From: Basidiobolus meristosporus CBS 931.73
Taxonomy: Eukaryota; Fungi; Basidiobolomycota
DNA length: 64,000 bases
NCBI GenBank assembly: GCA_002104905.1
Contig: MCFE01000155.1
Location: 1 to 64,000, forward strand
Reading direction: 5' to 3'
Shown here: positions 40,528-50,819 of the stretch, piece after piece
Layout: the number at the start of each line of letters is the position of its first letter
Position numbering within the stretch: the stretch's first letter is position 1
Program-made: the position numbers and the translations under genes
The notes under the pieces: generated by a model
Told to the model about the DNA's origin: nothing
The model's input: only the letters and a program-made list of their open reading frames with translations
Database searches by the model: none

Positions 40528-43348
40528 TGTTATAAGAGTCTTGGAGATATTGGAAGTGATTGGGAGAACAAGTAGATTATATGGTTATCACTTAATGATT
40601 TATTGAATGTAAAAGTAGTATTTATACTTTTACCTGGTCTTGGCATAAAAAACACTTAGAATAGGCTAAGGAAGGTCCCAAGAACATGTGTGCAAAGTTT
40701 GGGGTGGTTTGGACAACTTTGAGAATTTTCATGTTCTGGGTACTTGGTATTTTGGTGAAAAAATTCTAAGTAAATCCCAACAAGGAATTTGGTCAGTATT
40801 CTCTAGGATTTGAAGATGATTATCTAAGTGACTAAGTTAGGTGAGTATTTAGGTGGAAATGCAAATTTTTACAATACTCCCACTCAGCTAAATGTTCATA
40901 CTGACTAGTCCTAATTTTGACCTAAAATATTCAAATTGTCTCTAGCTAATGGTTTGGTAAATATGTCTGCAATCATTTCATCTGTAGGACAGTAAGCTAA
41001 GCTAACTACGCTATTCTCTATAGCTTCACGTATGAAATGATGTTTAATATCTATGTGCTTGGTTTTAGCATGAAAAGTTGGATTTCTACCTAATTGTATA
41101 AATCCTTAATTATCTTGAAAAAAAGTAATAGGTGTTTTTTGACATAGGCCTAAATCTGCAAAAAGCTTTCTTAACCACATTGCTTCTTTTGTAGCTTCAC
41201 AGGCTGCTATATACTCTGCCTCTGTGGTAGAAAGTGCTATGGTTGGTTGCTCTCTTGAATTCCATGAAATTGCTCCTTTACAGTAAAGAAAGGTGTATCC
41301 TGTGGTGTATCTTCTGTCTTCTAAATTTTGTCCCCAATCAGCATCAAAGTATCCCACAAGATCCTGTTCTGAATCCTTATCAGTGTATCTTAAGCAGATA
41401 TCAGCAGTTCCTTTTAGGTATCTAAAAATCCGCTTAACTGCTGCAATATGATCAGATCCATAGTTCTGATTACATTGACTGACAGCTCCCACTGAATATG
41501 AGATATCTGGACATGTTCCAAGCATGATATACATCAGACTGCTGGCCATAGATTGATAAGGAAAGTTGGGGCTTTCAGATGGCACCAAGCTCTCTTGATT
41601 TGGTTGAGATTTGACCAAGTTAAGGTTTGTCTCCATTGGGGTAGCAGCTGGTTTACAGTCTTCCATTTGGTACTTCTTTAGTATATCTTGAATATACTTG
41701 GATTGGCTTAGGGTAATAGTCTGGGTACTTCTGTCTATGGAGAACTTAATCCCTAAGTAGTAACTAAGTTCTCCTAGATCGGACATCTTGAACTCCTTAG
41801 ATAGGCTGGATTTAGTCTCTTCCAATGTTTCTAGGTTACTGGCAGCTATAGTAAAATCATCCACATATAGAGCTAATAGAACTGGATTTGCTCTATCTGG
41901 CTTATAGTATATACTATAGTCAGCATTACTCCTTTTGAAATGCAAAGATTCTAAATAAGAATCTGTCTTGCAATGCCAGGCTCTTGGTGATTGTTTGAGA
42001 CCATATAGTGACTTTTTTAGCTTGCAGACCAAATGGGAATTATCTTGGTCAACAAACCCATCAGGCTGGTCCATATACACATTCTCATCAAGTTCTCCAT
42101 TCAAAAATGCAGTTTTTACATCTGTTTAATGAATAAATAACTTATATTTGGCTGCCATAGCCAATATTAATCTGATGGAATTAAACTTGGCTACCGGCGC
42201 AAAGTTCTCAGTATAGTCATGTCCTTTTATTTGAGAGTATCCTTTGGCCACAAGTCTTGCTTTTTATCTTTCAATTGTACCAGCAGCCTTGTATTTTGTC
42301 TTGAAGACCCATCCATCTCCAATTGATTTTTGGTTGATTGGTAATTTGACTAAGTCCCAAGTTTGATTTTCCATCAGGGCCTGATATTCCTCATTCATTG
42401 CAGATCTCCAAAACTTTGTCTGAGGACTATTTAGGGCCTCTTTTACAGTCTGGGGTTCATCAATATGGACTGAATAGGCATAGGCTAAGTTTGTACCCTC
42501 ATTGATAAAGTAATTTGGGCTATTTCTTGTCCAGTTGGATCTCCAGGCATTTGATATTGGAATGATCACTTCTGGGATATTCCTGGTCAATGATTCTGGC
42601 TGAACCATGGTTGTAGAGTCCTCAGGAGTGAAAAAATCTCATTGTTTTGCTCAGATTCAATCCTTACAATTGGTGGACTTGAGATGAGACTTTTGTCATT
42701 ATCTGATGTCATTTTTTGTAAAATTTTGAATTTTCATCAAACAACACATCCCTGGACTTGATTAGCTTCTTTGATTTGGTATTGTAGAGTCTGTATGCTG
42801 TACTCTCATTGCAGTAACCCAAAAATATGCATTTTACACTTTTTGGCTCATATTTTGGCTGATTTCTGGGCAGTTTCTTGGCATCTGCTGCACACCCAAA
42901 TATTCTTAGATGTTCTGCACTTGGTCTGTATTGATACCATGCTTCAAATGGAGTAGAATCACAAAGTATTCTGTTATAACTCCTATTTTTAAGATACACA
43001 GCAGTGGCAACTGATCCCACCCAAAAATCATAGGATAATTTTTGATCATGGATCATAGATCTTGCCATATCAATTATTGATCTGTTAGCATGTTCTGCTA
43101 CTCCATTTTGCTGTGGGGAGTATGATACAGTAGTCTCTTGCTTTATCCCATGAATTTTGCAGAAGTGGATGAGGAGTTTTGAGGTATATTCTCCACCATT
43201 GTCAGAGTGTATTTTCTTGATTCTTTCACCAGTTTCTCTCTGCACCATGGCTTTGAACTTCCTGAACTTATACAGAGCTTCTTCCTTTCTCTCTATGAAG
43301 TAAACCTCCATGTATCTTGTATAATCATCAATAAAAGTGATAAAATAC

Positions 43349-43696
43349 TGTTGTAAAAATTTGTAATTCCACCTAAATATTCACCTAACTTAGTCACTTA
43401 AATCATTACCCTCAAATTCTAGAGAATACTGACCAAATTCCTTGTTGGGATTTACTTAGAATAATTTCACCAAAAACCAGGTACCCAGAACATGAAAATT
43501 CTCAAAGTTGTCCAAACCACCCCAAACTTTGCACACATGTTCTTGGGACCTTCCTTAGCCTATTCTAAGTGTTTTTTATGCCAAGACCAGGTAAAAGTAT
43601 AAATACTACTTTTACATTCAATAAATCATTAAGTGAAAACTCCATAGTCTACTTGTTCTCCCAATCACTTCCAATATCTCCAAGACTCTTACAGCA
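43349..43696 (+). mobile_element. Solo LTR inserted in opposite orientation into the integrase region of the older copia, TSD AATAC
   Basis: TGTTGT...ACAGCA ends. AATAC at 43344-43348 and 43697-43701. The flanks rejoin to match the uninterrupted young copy near 48085-48105. Confidence 0.9.
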
Positions 43697-45620
43697 AATA
43701 CATCATCCTGCCTAGGGATAAAGTTTGCATTGGTTCACATAGATCTGAGTGAATTAGATCTAATTTTTTCTTAGTTTGGATTAACCCTGTGCTCTTGAAC
43801 AGTTTTCTGGCTGTTTTCCCATATATGCAGGCTTCACAGTGCTCCAAATTAGCTGGGGATCAAATATACTCCAAAAATTAGCTGATCTTTGATCATGTTG
43901 CGCAAATAATCAAAATTGATGTGCCCAAATCTCTTGTGCCAAAGCATTGGTGTTTCTTCATTTAAGTTACTTATATTGGCTTTCAGATATGTTGGATTAT
44001 AAGTTAACTTGTATAGATTCTGATCTCTGATACCCAAAGCAATATGAGCACCATTTTGATCAGTGATCTTGCATCCAGAATTATCAAGGCTGAAATTGAG
44101 TCCTTCTCCAGTGGCCTTGCTTACAGATAATTGGTTCTTGGCTATTTCTGGTACATAGAGCACTACTTTAAAAGTCAGTGTATGGCTTCCTTCACTGCCT
44201 CTAATGTTTACTTGGATAGTTCCTTCTCCCACTGCATCAAGTGTTCTATTACCACCCATGAAAACCTTCTTAATTGGAATTTCTTGATTTTGGGTAAACG
44301 GTTTTTTGGTTTGTGAAATGTTAAGATACTCCACAGTCAATATACCACATCTGCAAATCCTTGTTTGTGATAATATTTAATGCATATATGAATAGTCTAT
44401 CTTCAGTTGTTGCAGCATTTCCATATTCAGGCTTCTTTAGCGGATTATCTCTCTTTTTGAGACACGTGTCTGATGTGTGTCCTTTCCTTTTGCAGTAGTT
44501 GCAAAGCAGGTTGCTGTTGCCTTTGTAGGGTCTTTGGTGCTTCCTTTGTTGGTTATCATTGCTTATTAAAGCATTTTATTCTTCCTTCTTATTGGCGCTT
44601 GATTTGCTTAATTCTTCATCCAGGAGCCCTCCATATATAAAATTTAAGGTCAAATCTTCAGTTCTGGACTCTAGGGCTGATACAAGGCCCTGAAACTCAT
44701 CTTTCAGGCTATTCAGGAGGGTAATTATCACATCCTCATCAGTAGCTGGTATACCCATAGATTCCATTTCATCCACCAGCAGGGTAACTCTGTTAATTAG
44801 ATTTATCATTTCTTCTCCTGGCAGCATTGTTGTACGAAAGAGTTTTTGTCTTGGATACATTCTCTTAGCAGCTGAGCATGAATGGTAGGCATCTTCTAAT
44901 GCCTTCCAGGCATTCTTTGCTGTTTTTGCTCTTGAGTATTGAATTTGCAATTTGTCCTTAACATTAAGGCAAATGCAGTTAAAGCACTTTGTTCTTTTTT
45001 CTGGCATTTTAAGGCTTCCTCTCCCACATTCTTAGGAGGGCATTCTTCTCCCATGACAATATCCCAAAGGCCTTGTTCTTGTAGCAGCATCTTCATCTTC
45101 ACCTTCCACACTTGGTAGTTAGTTCCATATACCTCTTCAGCAGAGGGAAAAATTCCAGTAATAGCAGTAGTAGACATTGCAGGGAGTGATAGCTTGGGGT
45201 TCATAGCATGTTGTAAGAGTCTTGGAGATATAGGAAGTGATTTGGGAGGACAAGCTGATTATGAGGTTTTTGTTGTAAGAGTCTTGGAGATATTGGAAGT
45301 GATTGGGAGAACAAGTAGATTATGTGGTTTTCACTTAATGATTTATTGAATGTAAAAGTAGTATTTATACTTTTACATGGTCTTGGCATTACAAACACGT
45401 AGAATAGGTTAAGGAAGGTCCCAAGAACATGTGTGCAAAGTTTGGGGCTGTTTGGACAACTTTGAGAATTTTCATGTTCTGGGTACCTGGTATTTTGGTG
45501 AAAATATTCTCAGTAAATCCCAACAAGGAATTTGGTCAGTATTCTCTAGGATTTGAAGGTGATGATCTAAGTGACTAAGTTAGGTGAATATTTAGGTGGA
45601 AAATACAAATTTTTACAACA

Positions 45621-45630
45621 CTCCCACTCA
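45621..45630 (-). promoter_or_regulatory. Polypurine tract (TGAGTGGGAG) preceding the 3' LTR
   Basis: Lies between the pol stop codon and the 3' LTR. The same sequence precedes the older element's 3' LTR. Confidence 0.8.
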
Positions 45631-45631
45631 G

Positions 45632-48592
45632 CTAAATGTTCATACTGACTAGTCCTAATTTTGACCTAAGATATTCAAACTTGTCTCTAGCTAATGGTTT
45701 GGTAAATATGTCTGCAATCATTTCATCTGTAGGACAGTAAACTAAGCTAACTAAGTTATTCTCTATAGCTTCACGTATGAAATGATGTCTAATATCTATG
45801 TGCTTGGTTCTAGCATGAAAAGTTGGATTTCTACCTAATTGTATACATCCTTGATTATCTTGAAATAAAGTAATAGGCGTTTTTTGACATAGGCCTAAAT
45901 CTGTAAAGAGCTTTCTTAACCACATTGCTTCTTTTGTAGCTTCACAGGCTGCCATATACTCTGCCTCTGTAGTAGAAAGTGCTACGGTTGGTTGCTTTCT
46001 TGAATTCCATGAAATGGCTCCTTTACAGTAAAGAAAGGTGTATCCTGTGGCGGATCTTCTGTCTTCTAAATTTCGTCCCCAATCAGCATCAGAGTATCCC
46101 ACAAGATTCTGTTCTGAATCCTTATAAGTGTATCTTAAGCAGATATCAGCAGTTCCTTTTAGGTATCTAAAAATCCGCTTAACTGCTGCAATATGATCAG
46201 ATCCATAATTCTGATTATGTTGGCTGACAACTCCCACTGAATATGAGATATCTGGACGTGTTCCAAGCATGATATACATCAGACTGCCTACCATAGATTG
46301 ATAAGGAAAGTCAGGGCTTTCAGATGGCACCAAGCTCTCCTGATTTGGTTGAGTTTTGACCAAGTTAAGGTTTGTCTCCATTGGGGTAGCTGCTGGTTTA
46401 CAGTCTTCCATTTTGTACTTCTTTAGTATATCTTGAATATACTTGGATTGGCTTAGGGTAATAGTCTGGGTACTTCTGTCTATGGAGAACTTAATCCCTA
46501 AGTAGTAACTAAGTTCTCCTAGATCGGACATCTTGAACTCCTTAGATAGGCTGGATTTAGTCTCTTCCAATGTTTCTAGGTTACTGGCAGCTATAGTAAA
46601 ATCATCCACATATAGAGCTAATAGAACTGGATTTGCTCTATCTGGCTTATAGTATATACTATAGTCAGCATTACTCCTTTTGAAATGCAAAGATTCTAAA
46701 TAAGAATCTGTCTTGCAATGCCAGGCTCTTGGTGATTGTTTGAGACCATATAGTGACTTTTTAAGCTTGCAGACCAAATGGGGGTTATTTTGGTCAACAA
46801 ACCCATCAGGCTGGTCCATATACACGTCCTCATCAAGTTCTCCATTCAAAAATGCAGTTTTTACATCCATTTGATGAATAAAAAACTTATATTTGGCTGC
46901 AATAGCCAATATTAATCTGATGGAATTAAACTTGGCTACCGGTGCAAAGGTCTCAGTATAGTCAAGTCCTTTTGTTTGAGAGTATCCTTTGGCTACAAGT
47001 CTTGCTTTGTATCTTTCAATTGTACCATCAGCCTTGTATTTTGTCTTAAAGACCCATCTGCACCCAATTGATTTTTGGTTGATTGGTAATTTGACTAAGT
47101 CCCAAGTTTGATTTTCCATCAGGGCCTGATATTCCTCAGTCATTGCAGATCTCCAAAACTTTGTCTGAGGGCTATTTAGGGCCTCTTTTGCAGTCTGGGG
47201 TTCATCAATATGGACTGAATAGGCATAGGCTAAGTTTGTACCCTCATTGATATAGTAATTTGGGCTATTTCTTGTCCGATTGGATCTCCGGGCATTTGAT
47301 ACTGGAATGATTACTTCTGGGATATTCCTGGGCACTGATTCTGGCTGAACCACGGTTGTTGAGTCCTCTGGAGTGAAAAAATTTTCATTGTTTTGCTCTG
47401 ATTCAATCCTGACAATTGGTGGACTTGAGATCAAATTTTTGTCATCATCTGATGTCATTTTTTGTGAAAATTTTGAATTTTCATCAAACAACACATCCCT
47501 GGACTTGATTAGCTTCTTTGCTTTGGTATTGTAGAGTCTGTATGCCTTACTCTCATTGCAGTAGCCCAAAAATATGCATTTTACACTTTTTGGCTCAAAT
47601 TTTGACTGATTTCCGGCCAGTTTTTTGGCATATGCTGTACACCCAAATATTCTTAGATGTTCTGCACTTGGTCTGTATCCATACCATGCTTCAAATGGAG
47701 TAGAATCACGAAGTATTCTGTTATAACTCCTATTTTTAAGATATACAGCAGTGGCAACTGATTCCGCCCAAAAATCATAGGATAATTTTTGATCATGGAT
47801 CATAGATCTTGCCATATCAATTATTGATCTGTTAGCTTGTTCTGCTACTCCATTTTGCTGTAGGGAGTATGGTACAGTAGTCTCTTGCTTTATCCCATGA
47901 ATTTTGCAGAAGTGGATGAAGAGTTTGGAGGTATATTCTCCACCATTGTCAGAGCGTATTTTCTTGATTTTTTCACCAGTTTCTCTCTCCACCATGGCTT
48001 TAAACTCCCTGAACTTAGACAGAGCTTCATCCTTTCTCTCCATGAAGTAGACCCATGTGTATCTTGTATAATCATCAATAAAAGTGATTAAATACTTCAT
48101 CGTGCCTAAGGATAAATTTTGCATAGGTCCACACAGATCTGAGTGAATTAGATCTAATTTTTTCTTAGTTTTGATTAACCCAGAGCTCTTGAACGGTTGT
48201 CTGGCTTGTTTCCCATATGTACAGGCTTCACAGTGCTCCAAATTAGCTGGGGGATCAATTTTCACTCCAGAAATTAGCTGATCTTTGATCATTTTACGCA
48301 AATAATCAAAATTGATGTGTCCAAATCTCCTGTGCCAAAGCATTGGTGTTTCTTCATTTAAGTTACTGATATTGGCTTCCAAATATGATGGAATATAAGT
48401 CAACTTGTATAGGTTCTGATCTCTGATGCCCAAAGCAATATGGGCACCATTTTGATCAGTGATCCTGCATCCAGAATTGTCAAAACTGAAACTGAGTCCT
48501 TCTGCTGTGGCCTTGCTTACAGAGAGTAGGTTCTTGGCTATTTCTGGTACATAGAGTACTTCTTTAAAGGTCAGTGTATGGCTTCCTTTCAC
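45632..48592 (-). CDS. pol: Copia pol (rest of protease region, GAG-pre-integrase, integrase, RT, RNase H)
   Basis: 986-aa ORF: WHRRFGH...CEAC zinc finger, [65 protein letters not shown]. Confidence 0.95.
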   Translation of the reverse strand: MKGSHTLTFKEVLYVPEIAKNLLSVSKATAEGLSFSFDNSGCRITDQNGAHIALGIRDQNLYKLTYIPSYLEANISNLNEETPMLWHRRFGHINFDYLRKMIKDQLISGVKIDPPANLEHCEACTYGKQARQPFKSSGLIKTKKKLDLIHSDLCGPMQNLSLGTMKYLITFIDDYTRYTWVYFMERKDEALSKFREFKAMVERETGEKIKKIRSDNGGEYTSKLFIHFCKIHGIKQETTVPYSLQQNGVAEQANRSIIDMARSMIHDQKLSYDFWAESVATAVYLKNRSYNRILRDSTPFEAWYGYRPSAEHLRIFGCTAYAKKLAGNQSKFEPKSVKCIFLGYCNESKAYRLYNTKAKKLIKSRDVLFDENSKFSQKMTSDDDKNLISSPPIVRIESEQNNENFFTPEDSTTVVQPESVPRNIPEVIIPVSNARRSNRTRNSPNYYINEGTNLAYAYSVHIDEPQTAKEALNSPQTKFWRSAMTEEYQALMENQTWDLVKLPINQKSIGCRWVFKTKYKADGTIERYKARLVAKGYSQTKGLDYTETFAPVAKFNSIRLILAIAAKYKFFIHQMDVKTAFLNGELDEDVYMDQPDGFVDQNNPHLVCKLKKSLYGLKQSPRAWHCKTDSYLESLHFKRSNADYSIYYKPDRANPVLLALYVDDFTIAASNLETLEETKSSLSKEFKMSDLGELSYYLGIKFSIDRSTQTITLSQSKYIQDILKKYKMEDCKPAATPMETNLNLVKTQPNQESLVPSESPDFPYQSMVGSLMYIMLGTRPDISYSVGVVSQHNQNYGSDHIAAVKRIFRYLKGTADICLRYTYKDSEQNLVGYSDADWGRNLEDRRSATGYTFLYCKGAISWNSRKQPTVALSTTEAEYMAACEATKEAMWLRKLFTDLGLCQKTPITLFQDNQGCIQLGRNPTFHARTKHIDIRHHFIREAIENNLVSLVYCPTDEMIADIFTKPLARDKFEYLRSKLGLVSMNI

Positions 48593-49604
48593 TGCTTCTA
48601 AGGTTTACTTGGATAGTTCCTTCTCCCACTGCATCAAGTGTTCTATTGTCACCCATGAAAACCTTCTTAATTGGAATTTCTTGATATTGGGTAAAAAGTT
48701 CTTTTTGGTGTGTAAAGTGTTGAGAAGCTCCAGAGTCAATATACCACGTCTGAGAATCCTTGTTTGTGGTCATATTTAGTGCAGATATGAATAGTCTATC
48801 TTCAGTTGTTGCAGCATTTCCATATTCAGGCTTCTTTTGCTGATAATCTCTCTTTTTGAAACACCGGTCTGATGTGTGTCCTTTCCTTTTGCAGTAGTTG
48901 CAAAATAGGTTGCTGTTGCCTTTGTAGGGTCTTGGGTACCTCCTTTGTTGGTTATCATTGCTTATTAAAGCATTTTCTTCTTCCTTCTTATTGGCGCTTG
49001 ATTTTCTTAATTCTTCATCCAGGAGCCTTCCATATACGTAATTTAAGGTCAAATCTTCAGTTCTGGACTCTAGGGCTGATACAAGGCCCTGAAACTCGTC
49101 TGTCAGGCTATTCAGGATGGTAACTATCACATCCTCATCAGTAGTTGGTACGCCCACAGATTCCATCTCATCTACCAGCAGGGTAATTCTGTTAATTAGA
49201 TTTTTCATTTCTTCTCCTGGCAGCATCTTTGTAGTAAAGAATTTTCTTCTCAGATACATTTTCTTGGCAGCTGAACATGACTGGTAGGTGTCTTCTAATG
49301 CCTTCCAGGCATTCTTTGCCGTTTTTGCTCTTGAGCATTGAATTAGCAATTTGTCCTTGACATTAAGGCAAATGCAGTTAAAGGCACTTTGTTCTTTCTT
49401 CTGGTACTTTAAGGCTTCCTCTCCCACGTTTTTAGGAGGGCATTCTTCTCCCATGACAATATCCCAAAGGCCTCTTTCTTGTAGCAGCATCTTCATCTTC
49501 ACCTTCCACACTTGGTAGTTAGAGCCACCCAACTTTTCAGCAGAGGGAAAAATTCCAGTAATAGCAGTAGTAGACATTGCAGAGAGTGACAGCTTGGGGC
49601 TCAT
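48564..49604 (-). CDS. gag: Copia gag plus protease N-part
   Basis: NYQVWKVKMKMLLQERGLW (copia gag N-terminus), CNYCKRKGHTSDRC zinc knuckle, WYIDSGASQH protease. Start is either ATG 49604 (inside the PBS) or ATG 49577. Confidence 0.9.
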   Translation of the reverse strand: MSPKLSLSAMSTTAITGIFPSAEKLGGSNYQVWKVKMKMLLQERGLWDIVMGEECPPKNVGEEALKYQKKEQSAFNCICLNVKDKLLIQCSRAKTAKNAWKALEDTYQSCSAAKKMYLRRKFFTTKMLPGEEMKNLINRITLLVDEMESVGVPTTDEDVIVTILNSLTDEFQGLVSALESRTEDLTLNYVYGRLLDEELRKSSANKKEEENALISNDNQQRRYPRPYKGNSNLFCNYCKRKGHTSDRCFKKRDYQQKKPEYGNAATTEDRLFISALNMTTNKDSQTWYIDSGASQHFTHQKELFTQYQEIPIKKVFMGDNRTLDAVGEGTIQVNLRSSERKPYTDL

Positions 49605-49608
49605 AACC
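49597..49608 (-). promoter_or_regulatory. Primer-binding site GGTTATGAGCCC, complementary to the anticodon stem-loop of initiator tRNA-Met
   Basis: Directly abuts the 5' LTR on the element strand. Its complement GGGCTCATAACC contains the CAT anticodon. The same motif is at 54660-54671. Confidence 0.85.
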
Positions 49609-50251
49609 TGTTGTAAGAGTCTTGGAGATATTGGCAGTGATTGGGAGAACAAGTAGATTATGTGGTTTTCACTTAATGATTTATTGAATGTAAAAGTAGT
49701 ATTTATACTTTTACATGGTCTTGGCATTACAAACACGTAGAATAGGTTAAGGAAGGTCCCAAGAACATGTGTGCAAAGTTTGGGGCTGTTTGGACAACTT
49801 TGAGAATTTTCATGTTCTGGGTACCTGGTATTTTGGTGAAAATATTCTAAGTAAATCCCGACAAGGAATTTGGTCAGTATTCTCTAGGATTTGAAGGTGA
49901 TGATCTAAGTGACTAAGTTAGGTGAATATTTAGGTGGAAAATACGAATTTTTACAAAAGTTTTCACATAATGATTTATTGGATGTAAAAAGTGGTATTTA
50001 TATTTTTACATGGTCTTGGCATTACAAACACATAGAGTAGGCTAAGGAAGGACCCAAGAACATGTATGCAAAGTTTGGGGCTGTTTGGACAACTTTGAGA
50101 ATTTTCATGTTCTGGGTACCTGGTTTTTGGTGAAAATATTGTAAGTAAATCCCAACAAGGAATTTGGTCAGTATTCTCTAGGATTTGAGGGTAATGATTT
50201 AAGTGACTCAGTTAGGTGAATATTTAGGTGGAATTACAAATTTTTACAACA

Positions 50252-50819
50252 CCAAAGGTGTAGGCAAAGAAGCCTCAAAGTACCAGAAGAAAGAACAAAG
50301 TGCTTTTATCCACACTTGCCTAACCCTATGAGAAACAAGTTGACCCCATGAGTTGATCCAGTCCTGTGCAACCATCAGGATACTGCAATGAGGCTATAAT
50401 AATGCCAGCCACTTGGAATCATTTACCCTCAACATAATCTTATGGCAGGATTGTAATGGTATTTTGCTGGCTTTACTGCCAAATAGTGTAATAAGCATGA
50501 CAGTGTTTTAACAGCTTATTGCCCAGACTTTCATGGCATCTTGATGGTCTTAATATGGTCTTCATTTATTTGACCATACATTATCAGCCAAAACATTCAA
50601 TTGTCTATATGGAAAGAAAATAGATGGTGTTCTGATGGCCTTGCCACATACCTCTGTTGGCATTATAAAGGCAGTACAGTAGCCTACAGCCAGTCCTATA
50701 TAATGCTACTGTACCAATTCACCAAATGGTAATTCCTTTTTCTATCTTCCCTTGCACCAATCATATATTCCACTGTAGAACCAACCCTCTTCACTTGCTT
50801 ACCACCACCATGGATATTC
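50252..50819 (+). repeat. ~570-bp direct repeat, copy 2
   Basis: Matches 39958-40527. Begins immediately after the LTR end at 50251. Confidence 0.9.

Larger units (their letters stand above)
45271..49958 (-). mobile_element. Young, near-intact Ty1/copia LTR retrotransposon (4688 bp; LTRs 45271-45620 and 49609-49958; TSD GTTTT)
   Basis: Two 350-bp LTRs with TGTTGTAA...TTACAACA ends and 5 differences by manual alignment. GTTTT at 45266-45270 and 49959-49963. PBS, PPT and domain order gag-PR-IN-RT-RH are present. Confidence 0.97.
40528..50251 (-). mobile_element. Older, frameshifted Ty1/copia retrotransposon (3' LTR 40528-40876; 5' LTR split 45209-45270 + 49964-50251) hosting two nested insertions
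   Basis: Broken gag, protease, integrase, RT and RNase H ORFs (41106-45204) nearly identical to the young copy. PPT CTCCCACTCA follows 40876 on the + strand; decayed PBS GGGGTTCATAGCA precedes 45209. Confidence 0.9.

Noticed and set aside
48560-48610. Ty1-style programmed +1 frameshift between gag and pol (CTT AGA upstream of the break)
   Set aside because: The sequence is not the Ty1 CTT-AGG-C heptamer, and two sibling copies read through in one frame. A private 1-nt insertion or sequencing error is simpler.
49605-49736. LTR-encoded N-terminal extension of gag (MFVMPRPCKS...)
   Set aside because: The ORF-track start is a non-ATG codon upstream of the putative TATA box in the LTR. The open frame recurs only because the LTRs are copies of each other.
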